DNA of 64,000 nucleotides from Chrysemys picta bellii (Eukaryota): NCBI RefSeq assembly GCF_011386835.1, contig NC_088810.1, positions 9,858,001 to 9,922,000 of the forward strand, read 5' to 3'. Shown piece by piece: positions 45,877 to 64,000 of this stretch (position 1 is its first letter; each line of letters starts with the position of its first letter). The notes under the pieces were generated by a model. It saw only the letters and a program-made list of their open reading frames with translations, ran no database searches and was not told where the DNA came from. The position numbers and the translations under genes were made by a program.

Positions 45877-48765
45877 GGCTCAGTGGCATTTTGCTCCCCG
45901 GCCTATAGGCACTGCACTGCGCGAGACTTGGGCCCTGATTCCACCCCTCACCTCGCTCATGTTTCCCCTCCCCTTCCCATATGCCCCATAGGGCAGTGCT
46001 TTTATCTTCCCTTACAGAGAGGGAAACTGAAGCACAGGGGGGAAACTGAGGCACGGTGAGGCTAAGTGACTTCCTCAAGGTGGCACAGGGAGGCCAGCAG
46101 AGCAGGGCCTTGACTGTGACTGCTCGGCTAATGCTCTAACCACCAGGGCCGCCCAGGCGGGGGGCAATTGGGGCAATTTGCCCCAGGCTCCGGGCCCTGC
46201 AGGGGGTCCTTCACTCGCTCCGGGAGCTCCGGAAAACTCTCGCAGGGCCCGGGCCCGGGCCCCTGGAGCTTCTTCCACTCCAGGTCTTCGGTGGCAATTC
46301 GGTGGCGGGGGGTCCTTCCGCCCCGGGACCCGCCGCTGAAGTGCCCCAAAGACCCGCAGCGGGGGGTCCTTCCGCCCCGGGACCCACCGCCGATGACCCC
46401 AGACGCCCTGAATCTTCGGGGCGGTCCTGCTAACTGCTGCCCCGCCCTCCCTCTCCACAGGCCCAGGAGTGCAACCTTCTGGCTGGGTTGGTGTTGCTTG
46501 GTTTTGGCCAGCTGCATGGAGGGAGCTGCCCCTTCAGGCTGGGGAACGGTGTCGACTTGCCAGCGCATCCCTGGGTGGGGATTGAACCACAGTTCTCCAA
46601 GCAGGTGCCTTCCCAGCCGGAGCTAAGGGCCTGCTGGGTTAGCCAAGCCCATCACAGGCTCTGGGGCCCAGTAGGGGGAGCCAGCGCTCCACCCCAGCGC
46701 GTGCAGGGCGCACACTAGGCTGTGCAGCGAGATGCCAGGCCGAAAACTTCCCTGCTCCTGTGGTGTGTGTGTGTGTGTGTGTGGGGGGGGGGGGAGTTGT
46801 TCTTGGCTCTTGACCCCCCTGAGCTCTCAGGGGGCTCCATAGTGGGGACCACCAATATCCAGGAGGCTGCAGGGCCGGGAGCTGGGCCAATTGGTGTGGG
46901 CTAGGGGGTAGAAGACAGTGGATGGAGGGTAGGGCTGGGAGTCAGGACTCCTAGGTTCTACCCTGTCTCTGGGAGAGGAGTGAGGTCTAGTGGTTAGAGC
47001 ATGGGGGCTGGGAGCCAGGACTCCTGGGTTCTCATCTGGCTCTCGGAGAAGAGTGGGGTCTAATGGGTTACAGCGGGGACGCTGGAAGCCAGGACTCCTG
47101 GGTTCTGTTCCTAGCTCGGTGAGGGAGTGGGGTCTAGTGGTTAGAGCAGTAGGTCTGGGACTTAGGACTCCTGGGATCTATCCCCCAGTCTGCCATGGAC
47201 CCACATTGCCACCTCCCCTTTCTGTGCCTTTGTTTACGCTCCCGGCCTTTGTCTGCCCCAGGTAATTACACTATGAATTCTCCAGGGTGCGGAGCTCTCC
47301 CACGGGGCTCAGCACAACGGAGCCTTGGGGCATTGTTGCAATAGAAATAATAGTTTCTGCACAGCCGATGTTTTGTTGTGAAACCATCTGGGTTACACAC
47401 ATGCAGCACATGTGCCTCGTCCACCACACAGAGAGGACCTGGAAAGTGAAGTTACCTAACAGTACAGCTCTAGCTCACATCTTCCCACAATGAGGTATTC
47501 AACCTTAACTCTGCCTCCACAAACTTAACTTTCCCCCTCAACCTTAACTCTGTCCCCTCAACCTTATGTCTACTCCCTCAACTTTAACTACTTTGCCTCA
47601 AAGGTAACACTGCCTCTTAACCTTAACTCCACCCCTTAAACCTTAATGCTGCCCACTCAATCTTCCCTTTGCACACCCTTAACTCTGCCCCCCCATAGCA
47701 TGGGGTGGTAGTGGGGCATGTACCAAGTGGGGTCCATGGCAGAGGGAGCAGTGGGGGATGTACCAAATGGAATCCATAGTGGAGGGGCACTGGGGGAAGT
47801 ATCAAGTGGGGTCCATAGAGGGGAAGGGTAATGGAGGACATACCAAATGGGGTTCATGGCAGAGGGGGGCAGTGAGGAATGTACCAAATGGGATCCTGTG
47901 ACAAAGTGAGGTTTTTCACCTTGTTATGTTGCATGTAAGTCCTTCTGTCCTGTACTAATACTGTGTGTGCCTCAGTTTCCCTGTGTGCTGCAGTTTCCCT
48001 TTATGGTGGGAATTGGGTGCATGACTTTTGCTGAGGCTCTCAGGGAAGGTGAGGCTGCCCAGCTGCCGGCAAGTAAGGTATGTCTGATGCCCTTCGTAAC
48101 CTGAGACTGAGGAGGGGGAGGCGACCAGGTGACACTTTGCTTGGGATGCAGGACAAAGACCAGAGGAGGAGAATGGGCGTGTTGGAGGCCAGGCAGCGGG
48201 GTCCAGGGCAGTCTGCTGTGGGGGACTGGAAGAGGGGGAGTCCAGGGCGTCTGGCCTGGGTTCCCCCAAGATGGACTTGGCTGAAAGTCACTGATTTCTG
48301 TGCTAACAAGCTCTGTCCTACGCTATGTACCTGTCGACTAATAAACCTTCTGTGTTACATGCTGGCTGAGAGTCACGGCTGGCCACGGAGTTGGGGTGCA
48401 GGGCTCTTTGGCTTCCCCAGGGGTCCCGCCCAGGCGGACTCACTGTGGGAAGCACATGGTGAGAACAGGGATGCTGAATGCGCCAACAGTGTGCTCAGAG
48501 AGAGGCTCGACCCGTCCTTCTTGGGGACCAACGCCACAGGAGAGGCTCAAGGGCTGGAGAACGGCTGAATCTCCCCTAAAGCCAGCATGACTGTGACCTC
48601 TCTCTCCAGGACTTAGGCAATTTTCCCTGTGACTCTGAATGGGGAACACCTGATGGGGAGGTTGGCTCCCGTCTCCACCCGGTGGACGGGCAGGTTAGTG
48701 AGCCCAGGCCGGTTGGAAAACAGCTGCTGGTCCGAACTAGCACCTCTTTGACCTCTGCCTGCTGG

Positions 48766-49337
48766 CAGGGCCTGCTCCAGGCACCAGCCGACCAAGCACG
48801 TGCTTGGGGTGGCACCTTGGAAGGGGCGGCCAATCTTGGGGTGGCGGGGGGCGCTTGGGGTTTTTTGTTTTTTTGGTTCGGTGGGGCGGCGCTCGAGGTT
48901 GTTTGTTTGTTTTTGTTTCAGTGACGCGGCACTGGGGGGGGGGCAGGGGCTTCGGCGATGCGCGCTGGGGCGAGGGTTGGCGCAGCGCGGCGCTTGGGGG
49001 TTTGGGCGGTCCGGTGCGATGCTCGGGAGTGGATTTGGGTGGCCCGGCGCGGCCCAGTGCTCGGGGGGGGGGGTGGAGGGGGTTTCGGCAGCCCGGCGCA
49101 TCTCTGGGGCGGAGGTGGGGGGTTTGGTGGCGCCGCGCGGCACTCGGGAGGGGGTGGGGGTTTGGGCGGCCCGGCGTGTCGCTGCGGGGAGGGCGGGGGT
49201 TTCAGGAGCACAGCGTGGCACTCGGGGGGGGCGGGGGGTTCGGCAGCGCGGTGTGTTGCTCGGGGGGGCGGGGTGTTACGGCGTGGCGGCGCTCTTTTTT
49301 TTTGCCTGTTACTGCAAAAAAGTTAGAGCCGGCCCTG
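48766..49337. mobile_element. GC-rich MITE nested in the Gypsy pol region
   Basis: cagggcctgctcc ... agagccggccctg termini interrupt the integrase-RT linker. Confidence 0.7.
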
Positions 49338-51744
49338 GGCAGGGTTAGCTGTGCAGAGAGGGGGATTGGTTCCAGTGAGGGGCCGGCTCCTGTCTCAGGG
49401 AAGAGATCTGCCAAGGGATCATCTCTCTGCTTCTCCCACAACCAGTATCAGCCTCTCCCTTTCACAGTACAGCTCCATCATGTTGACGTGGTGCACTCGG
49501 TGGCTGTGAGCCCAGTTAGACAGTTTCACCACGTAGTTCACCTCATTTACCTGCCTGGTGACCTTGAAGGGCCCGTCCCAGGCAGCTGGCAGCTTGTTCT
49601 TCCTCACGGGGATGAGAAGCATCACCTGGTCCCCGATGGCATAGGAGCGGGCACGTGCTGAGCAGTTGTACCAGACCTTCTGCTTCTCTTGGGCCCTGCT
49701 AGGTTTCCCCTGGCCAAGCCCATGAGCTCAGCGAGCTTTTCCTGGAAAGTCAGTATGTATTCCACCACCGATCCTCCATCAGGAGAGGCCTTCCCCTCCC
49801 ATTCGTCCCTCACCAAGCCATGGGGTCCCCTCACTCTCCTCCCGTACAGCAACTTGAATGGGGAAAACCCTGTGGATTCCTGGGGCACTTCCCTGTATGC
49901 GAATAGCAGGGTGGGGTAAATATTTGTCCCAGTCCGGCGGGTGCTGGTTCATAAAGGTCTTCAGCATCAACTTTAGAGTCCCATTGAACCTCTCCACCAG
50001 CCCGTTGGACTGAGGGGGATACGCCGAGGTCCAGGTGTGCTGGACACCACAATGGAGCAAGGTTAACATGAAGTTGAACCCCTGGTCTGTAAGGATCTGC
50101 TTGGGGAACTCCACTCTGCTGAAGGTGGTCAGCAGTGCGTCTGCCTGTGTCTGCCTCGAGAGAGGACAGAGCCACTGCCTCAGGGTAGCGAGTAGCTAAA
50201 TCTACCCCCACCAGAATGTATTTCTTCTCTGTCCCAGTTGTCTCACTATGTCCACGGCCACCTTCTGAAAAGGCTCCTCTATGACAGGCAGGGGCCTGAA
50301 GGCTGCTTTACCCTTATCCTGGACCTTCCCCACCCTCTGGTAGGAGTCACAGGACCTGGAGTACTGTTGGACGGAGTCAAAGACCCCAGGTCAGTAGAAG
50401 TTCTGCCTGATGAACTGGATTCCCTAGTGTCTCAAGAGCGGGATATTGCGGGCCAGGTACAGTAGCCTGCGGCGGTACTTCTGGGGGACCACCAGCTGTC
50501 TCCTGATCCCCCATGGGTCCACTTCCCCTGGGGGAGCCCATTCCCGGTACAGGAATCCCTTCTCCCGTAGGAATCTTTCCCGGCAGCCTTCCCCCAGGGG
50601 CTTCATGGCACTGGGGCCAGCAAGTTCCCTCAGCTTCTCTAAAGAGGGATCCTTCTGCAGCTCGGCCTGGAATTCAGCAGCTGAAGAGGGGAGTGAAACC
50701 AGTTGCCTCTTGCTGCCTGCGGTCACAGCCCTCCAGACTGGATCACTGGGACTCGGTCTCTTTTGGCGGAGAGCCGAGAGCCACCATCTTGAGCTGGGCC
50801 ACCCTCTGACCAGGCGTCTCTGTCACCCTTTTAGCTGCTTCCTCCGGTCCTGGGGCCTCTTCACCTCTGGACAAGGCAGCCCTGGTTGGCAGCTGACCCA
50901 CCCTGGCTGCAGTTCCCCACACTCAGCTGGGGTCTCCGATCCCCCTGGGCTCAGTTTTGCCTCTGCTGTCCCAGCATCAGAGCCAGCGTGAGCCACCTGC
51001 CCCGTGTGCAGGGGGGTGAGAAGTATCTCTCTGCCCCACTCAGCTCCAGGGCTCTGGTTACAGACAGGCAGGTATCCTGAGCCTAGCAGCTCCTCCTCCC
51101 TGCCAGCCAGATCATTTGCATTTTCACTCACCACTTCAGTCTCAGACAATTGTTTCCCTTGAATCCTTGGCCATTACAGGAGCAGGGCCTGGATCCTGTC
51201 CCAAAGAGACACAGTCATCCCCCAACAGGACGTCACAGCCGATACCTTGGAGAACCCCAACTACCAGCCAGCCCGACCCCTCCTGGGTCTGCACAGGGAT
51301 CCAGGCCATAGGCAGGGCGAGGGGCTTCATCCCTGGGACCTTCACCCAGGTCACACAGCCCCTCAGCATCTGCGGCTGCACCACCCGGGGCCTGACAACA
51401 GTTCTCTCTGTCCCAGGGTCTCGCCACCCCAGGAATGTCTCCCCATTGACCACCTTCCGCTCCCACTGGGGGTCTGAGGGGCCTGAGCCCAGGAGAGTCT
51501 GCGCAGACATATATGCTGGGGCCAGGTGTGAGAGCCAGTCTGCCCCCCACCCATCTGGCTAAACAGCTATATGGCCTTGGGACCCAGGAAGGGGGCTAGA
51601 CACCAGAGCCTTTCTGTAGGGCCAGCCTGGTTCCAATTGCCAACCTCCCGAAGACTGCGAGACGGGCATCTTTACCGCACCCCTCCTTAACCTGGGGCAG
51701 CAATTTAGTGTCGAGGTTCCCAGCGGAATTGGCACCTTGGGGTC

Positions 51745-52310
51745 TGTTGGGGTTACTATGCCTGCCTGAGCCAGAGTTCTTCCATGTTTTAACTCTGTTC
51801 TTCCATGTTTAACTCTGATCGGCCTTAACAGCCAAGGACAGGAATTGGAATGTGTAAATAGCCAGTTAGCAATTACGACCTTGCTCATTTCAGGTACCAA
51901 ACGATAATGATGAGGTTTGCATGTTTCTAGCTGGGGAAGGGGTAATAAACTAAGGGTAAACAGGACCAAATAACTGTTTAGAGAGAAGTTACTAACAAGC
52001 TAGATTTATAGCCCTAGAATGATTTAGTTGCTTAAATGTATAAACATGCCTTTGATAGAGAGGGGAGGGGGAGTAAAGGGGGTGGTGTGGTAGAGAGGGG
52101 GAGAGGGGGGGCTTAGTTGTAAAATGTATAAAGAAGAGAGAAACTGTTTTTTGCTGGTGTGCTCGATTTGAGACTTGCCTGTCTCCTTGCACCACTTTGA
52201 GATCTCAAATAAACTTTGATTGTTTCTCCACCCCGGTATGTTTATTGGCGTGAAGCACTCCGGGCACCGAATCTCACTGTTGCTGTCCTCGGGCCCCTGT
52301 TCCGGCAACA
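51745..52310 (+). mobile_element. Solo LTR nested in the Gypsy gag, 4-bp TSD GGTC
   Basis: TGTTG...CAACA termini, AATAAA near 52209, ggtc on both flanks. Confidence 0.85.
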
Positions 52311-54682
52311 GGTCCATCCCCCCTCATCCCTGGACGGGTCCTTCTGCCTCTCAGCTCAGCCATCGCCAGTTCCTGCTGCCTCTGTCTCTCCTGCTGTTCT
52401 GCCTCATGCCTTCCCTTTTCTCTCATGGTCCTCTGACTCCTTCGATCTCAGCTCCAATTCCATCCGTCTCAGATCCACCGATAAGGAACCCGGTGGAGAC
52501 CCCCTGCTGGTCGGGGACATGGGTCTCCGGGTCACCCAGCTGTTCCCAGCCTCCCTCACGGCCCCAGCTGGGTCAGGAACCGATGTGGGCCCTGGTGTTG
52601 CCTGGCTGCTCCCAGCCTCTCTCACGGCCGCAGCTGGGTCAGGAACCGATGTGGGCCCTGGTGTTGCCTGGCTGCTCCCAGCCTCTCTCGCGGCCGCAGC
52701 TGGGTCAGGAACCGATGTGGGCCCTGGTGTTGCCTGGCTGCTCCCAGCCACTCTCACGGCCCCAGCTGGGTCAGGAACCGATGTGGGCCCTGGTGTTGCC
52801 TGGCTGCTCCCAGCCTCTCTCGCGGCCGCAGCTGGGTCTGGAACCGATGTGGGCCCTGGTGTTGCCTGGCTGCTCCCAGCCTCTCTCGCGGCCGCAGCTG
52901 GGTCAGGACCTGGCTCCTTAGAGCGATTCTTCTCTTCCAACTGAGCAATCAGCTGTGCCTTGGTGAGCTTTCCAATGCGCAGCCCTCTCTCTGCACAGCT
53001 CCACAAGGTCCTTCTTAAGGAGATGCTTATAGGCCATCTCCACGCTGTTCCCAAGTTGTCACAGACTCACAGCTCCCCATGATCCCTGGGAGGAACCCCT
53101 TCAGTGCGACAGCCCTTCTAGGGGGTCCACTCTCTCTCGGGGTTAAACTGTAGCTCCTCCACCTCCTGGAACCGCACCTCTCTGAGCCTTCAGCACGCCC
53201 ACCTCTCACTAATCCCCCTTAGTTTTACTGGTCCCCAGTCACTTACTGCAGGATGCTCAGTTCATCCCACTTCTGCCACCAGTTGTTACGGAGTCACAGG
53301 ACCAATGCTCTGGAACTGCTCCATACGAAGTCAGTCAGGACTCTGGTTACTCGAGGGGATGAAGAATTTTGCCCTGGCATATATTCATGATATCTGTGTT
53401 TTTAGCCAGCTCTGGGAGGACCATGTTTCCCAGGTTAAACAAATGCTGGACCAGCTCCGGGATGCAGGACTGACTATAAAAGCTGAGAAGTGCAAGATGG
53501 GGATAGCAGAGGTGTCATACCTGAGTGACTGGCCCGATCCCCAGTCTAAGAAACAGGTCCAGACCTTTATTGGGATGGCGGGGCACTACCGGAGGTTCGT
53601 GCCCCACTTTCGCTCCATAGCCGCCCCCATCACTGAGCTATGTAAGAAAGATGAGCCAGGCAAGGTGGTCTGGACTGAGCAGTGCCAAAGGGCTCGCTGT
53701 GCTCTGAAGGAGGCGCTGGTCAGGGATCCAGTGCTGGTAAACTCAGACTTTGACAAGCCCTTCATGGTGTTCACTGATGCCTCAGACACAGGGCTGGGCG
53801 CGGTGCTGATGCAGGTTAATGAGAAGGAGGAGAGACATCCCATCGTGCACCTGAGCAAGAAGCTGCTTCCCCGGGAGCTTCAGGATTATGACATGGAGGT
53901 GGTCCATGTGAAGGGGAGTGCCAACGTTATAGCAGATGCTTTGTCCCGGAGAGGGGGGCCGGAACTTCCCCAGGCCACTGGCTAAAGTGGCCCCGCTCAG
54001 TTCAGTCTCGGAGAGGGGAGACAGAGAGATGTGACACAGTGGGGTTTTATTCACCTTGTTATGTTGCATGTAAGTCTTACTGTCCTATACTAATGCTGTG
54101 TGCGCCTCAGTTTCCCTGTGTGCTGCACCAATGCCTAGGTGGTGGGGATTGGGTATGTGACTTTTGCTGAGGCCCTCAGGGCAAGGGACGTGTACCAAGT
54201 GGGGTCCATAGCAGAGGGGGGGGCAATGGGGGATGTAGCATATGGGGTCAATAGCAGGGGGGAATAGTGGGGCATTTACCAAGTGAGGGCCATAGAGGGG
54301 GAGGGTAGTGAGGGGACATACCAAGTGGGGTCCATAGCAGAGGGAGGCAGTGGGAGCATGTATCAAGTGGGGGCCATAGTGAAGGGGGGCAATCAAGGAC
54401 TGTTCAATAATTGGGGGGGAGGCATCTTCTGTGCCTAGCTGAGGAGGCAGGAGTTGCTGGGCAGAGGCTCATGGGAAGGATTCTAGTGGGGTGGGGGCAC
54501 GTAGAGGCCAGAATTTTAGCATCTGGTACTTCACAGCCCCAAGCAGCCCCAGATCAGCAGGGATATATTACAGGTCACGGTACTCATGGGCTTGTATCAC
54601 TGATAAATATAGCTGGGGGAAAGAGGGGTCAGGGTTCGTGTTCTGGTTTAGAGCATCTTAAACAAGTCACTCCACCTTTTCA

Positions 54683-54872
54683 GGGGGGAGGGATAGCTCA
54701 GTGGTTTGAGCATTGGCCTGCTAAACCCAGGGTTGTGAGTTCAATCCTTGATGGGGCCATTTAGGGATCTGGGGCAAAAATATGTCTGGGGATTGGTCCT
54801 GCTCTGAGCAGGGGGTTGGACTAGATGACCTCCTGAGGTCCCTTCCAACCCTGAGATTCTATGATTCTATGA
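54683..54872 (+). mobile_element. Full-length tortoise-type Pol III SINE (tRNA-derived head, CR1 tail)
   Basis: A box tagctcagtgg, B box gagttcaatcc, attctatg tail repeats. Confidence 0.85.
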
Positions 54873-55504
54873 AACCCAGCGAGAAATGCCACCTGCTGGG
54901 GGGGGCAAGGGAGGGTCCAACGTACATGATGGATACCAGATCCCGGTGGTTGGGTGCATGACATATCCATCCGAGAGCCCAGCCTATTGGAAAATGGAAG
55001 GCCAAGACCCAGTGCACCCAGGTGGGTGATGCAAAGGGCCTGGAGCATAGCCTTGTGTGACATTTCACCCTGAAAGCCCTCCCACTTGCAGGGGTCAAAC
55101 AGGGCCAGTCCCCCATTTTAAGCAACGTTTTGAAGGTGGCCCTCTGACTGTGGGGCTTGGGCAGGATCAGAGCCAACGATCCGTAGAAGGAAAAGGCCCC
55201 AGGTCTCATTCCCCACTTTGTCAGCCAGACAGCCCCCCTCCCTAGGGCTGGATCAGAGCCGGCGCCCCCTAGAGGGAAAAGGCCCCGTGCCCCATTCCCC
55301 ACCCCCCTGAGCCAGCCAGTCCCTGCCTGGGGCCAGAGACTATAAACGCTGCCCTATTCAAGCGGGCTTTGCAGAGCAGCCAGGCAGGAGAGGTGAGTTC
55401 CAGATGATTTATTGCGTCTCGGTCGCTCCTGAACCCGGCTCCAGGCTGGGGTCGGTAATTACCCCCTTTGCCCCACCTGGCCCCAGTCCCAGCCCCCGGG
55501 GCCA

Positions 55505-62186
<6,682 letters not shown>

Positions 62187-62473
62187 GGCGTTCAGGGCAG
62201 CAGATGGTCCGGCTTGGACTTTCCCATGCGCTTTACGCCTGGGGCTGGGGGCTGGTGGTCAATGATTAATGGGTCATGAGGAAACAGCCGCCTTCCCCGG
62301 CCACCCACGATGCCCCAGCTTGTTTGGACACTGCAAAGGTCACACGGCAGGTGGCAAATTCTCACCCCCCTCCCCACCCCTCCCGCTGGGCATCCCTCGG
62401 AGGAAGTGCGCAGCCTCCGCTCTGAAGCTCACCTGGGCGGCACGTGCTCAGCCCATCCTCCCAACTGGCTCTT

Positions 62474-63525
62474 GAGCCAGCCAGGCCCCGCCCTGGGGCC
62501 GGATCAGAGCCGGTGCCCCCTGGAGGGGAAAGGCCCCGGGTCCTATTCCCACCCCCCTGAGACAGCCAGGCCCCCGCCCTGGGGCCGTATCAGAGCCGGT
62601 GCCCCCTGGAGGGGAAAGGCCCCGGGTCCTATTCCCACCCCCCTGAGCCAGCCAGGCCCCGCCCTGGGGCCGGATCAGAGCCGGTGCACCCTGGAGGGGA
62701 AAGGCCCCGGGTCCTATTCCCACCCCCCTGAGCCAGCCAGGCCCCTATCCTGGGGCCGGATCAGAGCCGGTGCCCCCTTGAGGAGAAAGGCCCCGGGTCC
62801 TATTCCCACCCCCCTGAGACAGCCAGGCCCCTGCCCTGGGGCCGTATCAGAGCCGGTGCCCCCTGGAGGGGAAAGGCCCCGGGTCCTATTCCCACCCCCC
62901 TGAGCCAGCCAGGCCCCGCCCTGGGGCCGGATCAGACCCGGTGCCCCCTAGAGGGGAAAGGCCCCGGGTCCTACTCCCACCCCCCGAGCCAGCCAGGCCC
63001 CCGCCCTGGGGCCGTATCAGAGCCGGTGCCCCCTGGAGGGGAAAGGCCCCGGGTCCTATTCCCACCCCCCTGAGCCAGCCAGGCCCCCGCCCTGGGGCCG
63101 TATCAGAGCCGGTGCACCCTGGAGGGGAAAGGCCCCGGGTCCTATTCCCCGCCCCCCTGAGTCAGCCAGTCCCCCACCCTGGGGCCAGATCAGAGCCGGT
63201 GCCCCCTAGAAGGGAAAGGCCCCGGGTCCTATTCCCACCCCCCCGAGCCAGCCAGGCCCCCGCCCTGGGGCCGGATCAGAGCCGGTGCACCCTGGAGGGG
63301 AAAGGCCCCGGGTCCTATTCCCACCCCGCCGAGCCAGCCAGTCCCCCGCCCTGGGGCCGGATCAGAGCCGGTGCACCCTGGAGGGGAAAGGCCCCGGGTC
63401 CTATTCCCGCCCCCCTGAGCCAGCCAGGCCCCTATCCTGGGGCTGGATCAGAGCTGGCGCCCCCTAGAGGGGAAAGACCCCATGTCCCATTCCGCCTCCC
63501 TGAGCCAGCCAGTCCCCTGCCCAGA
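62474..63525. repeat. VNTR of 12 full 84-87 bp units upstream of KLK-C
   Basis: gagccagccagg unit starts from 62474 to 63417, plus a partial unit at 63502. Confidence 0.9.
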
Positions 63526-64000
63526 AGCTGGATTGGAGCCGGGCCCCCCGGCACTGTGTACTTACGAAGCAGCACCCGGTTCTCAGAAGCCACGTCACTG
63601 CACAGCTATTCCGGAGCAGCTGTTCCCAGGGCTCCTTTGTCAACACGACCAAGGTCCTTCGCATTCCTCCTGCCTGGCACGGGGAGCCCCATCCCAGGCA
63701 CCACAGGAGAGGCAGCCCAGTCCCTCCTCCAGGCCTCTCCACGGCTTGGCAGTGGATGGCACAGGGTGGGGAGCTGTGTCTCTGGGCTCTGCCATGTCTC
63801 CCCCATTCCATGGAGCCATATATTGGATTGGGGGGGAACCAGGACTCCTGGATTCTCTCCCCAATTCTGGGAGGGGAGTGGGGTCTAGTGGTTGGAGTAG
63901 TGGGGGCTGGGAGTCAGGACTCCTGGGTTCTATCCTGGGTTCCGGCCTTCTGGGTGAGCTGGCAAGTCATTTCTGCCTCTCCTTGCCTCAGTTTCCCCAT

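Larger units (their letters stand above)
47897..54185 (+). mobile_element. Degenerate Gmr1-type Gypsy LTR retrotransposon with a large internal inversion
   Basis: 5' LTR starts tgtgaca at 47897 (AATAAA near 48339). RT C-terminus/RNase H on plus at 53350-53985; PPT 54010-54029; 3' LTR from 54030, truncated about 54185. LTR end, PBS, gag, protease, integrase and RT N-terminus are on minus at about 48505-53350. Confidence 0.85.

Noticed and set aside
46450-46560. SGWGT motif suggesting another KLK exon 3
   Set aside because: No DxML motif, Cys spacing is wrong, and there are no companion exons; likely chance.
54683-54765. tRNA-like sequence
   Set aside because: It is the head of a SINE: it continues into a CR1-type tail and has dispersed copies, so it is not a tRNA gene.
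62474-63525. Regular repeat arrays as possible CRISPR
   Set aside because: Units are contiguous with no unique spacers, there are no cas genes, and the context is a eukaryotic intron-containing genome.
63464-63864. Minus-strand segment with a gtaag donor near 63562
   Set aside because: Could be a 5' non-coding KLK-C exon, but it has no recognisable protein and no evidence beyond one donor.

Overview
This is GC-rich, repeat-dense eukaryotic DNA. It is almost certainly from a turtle microchromosome: it carries tortoise-type tRNA/CR1-tail SINEs, Penelope ends, and Gmr1-type Gypsy, hAT and Harbinger elements. Six spliced genes or gene remnants were reconstructed by hand from GT-AG sites and intron phases. 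(1) An RBR-type E3 ligase with a degenerate RING1 (minus strand, runs off the left edge); its promoter has an NF-kB site next to a triple-GAAA ISRE. (2) A single-coding-exon C12orf60/DUF4533-like ORF (minus). (3) A frameshifted kallikrein pseudogene, KLK-A (plus). (4) An intact 6-exon SYPL1-like physin with a duplicated first exon (plus). (5) An intact KLK14-like protease, KLK-B (minus). (6) An intact kallikrein, KLK-C (minus), that carries the sequence signatures of gilatoxin and snake-venom serine proteases but keeps the ancestral trypsin/KLK disulfide pattern. Between KLK-B and KLK-C lies a Gmr1-type LTR element with a ~4.85 kb internal inversion and nested insertions. Most long ORFs in the supplied track are artefacts of tandem repeats. 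No database searches were run: all homology statements come from remembered family sequences and need confirmation.
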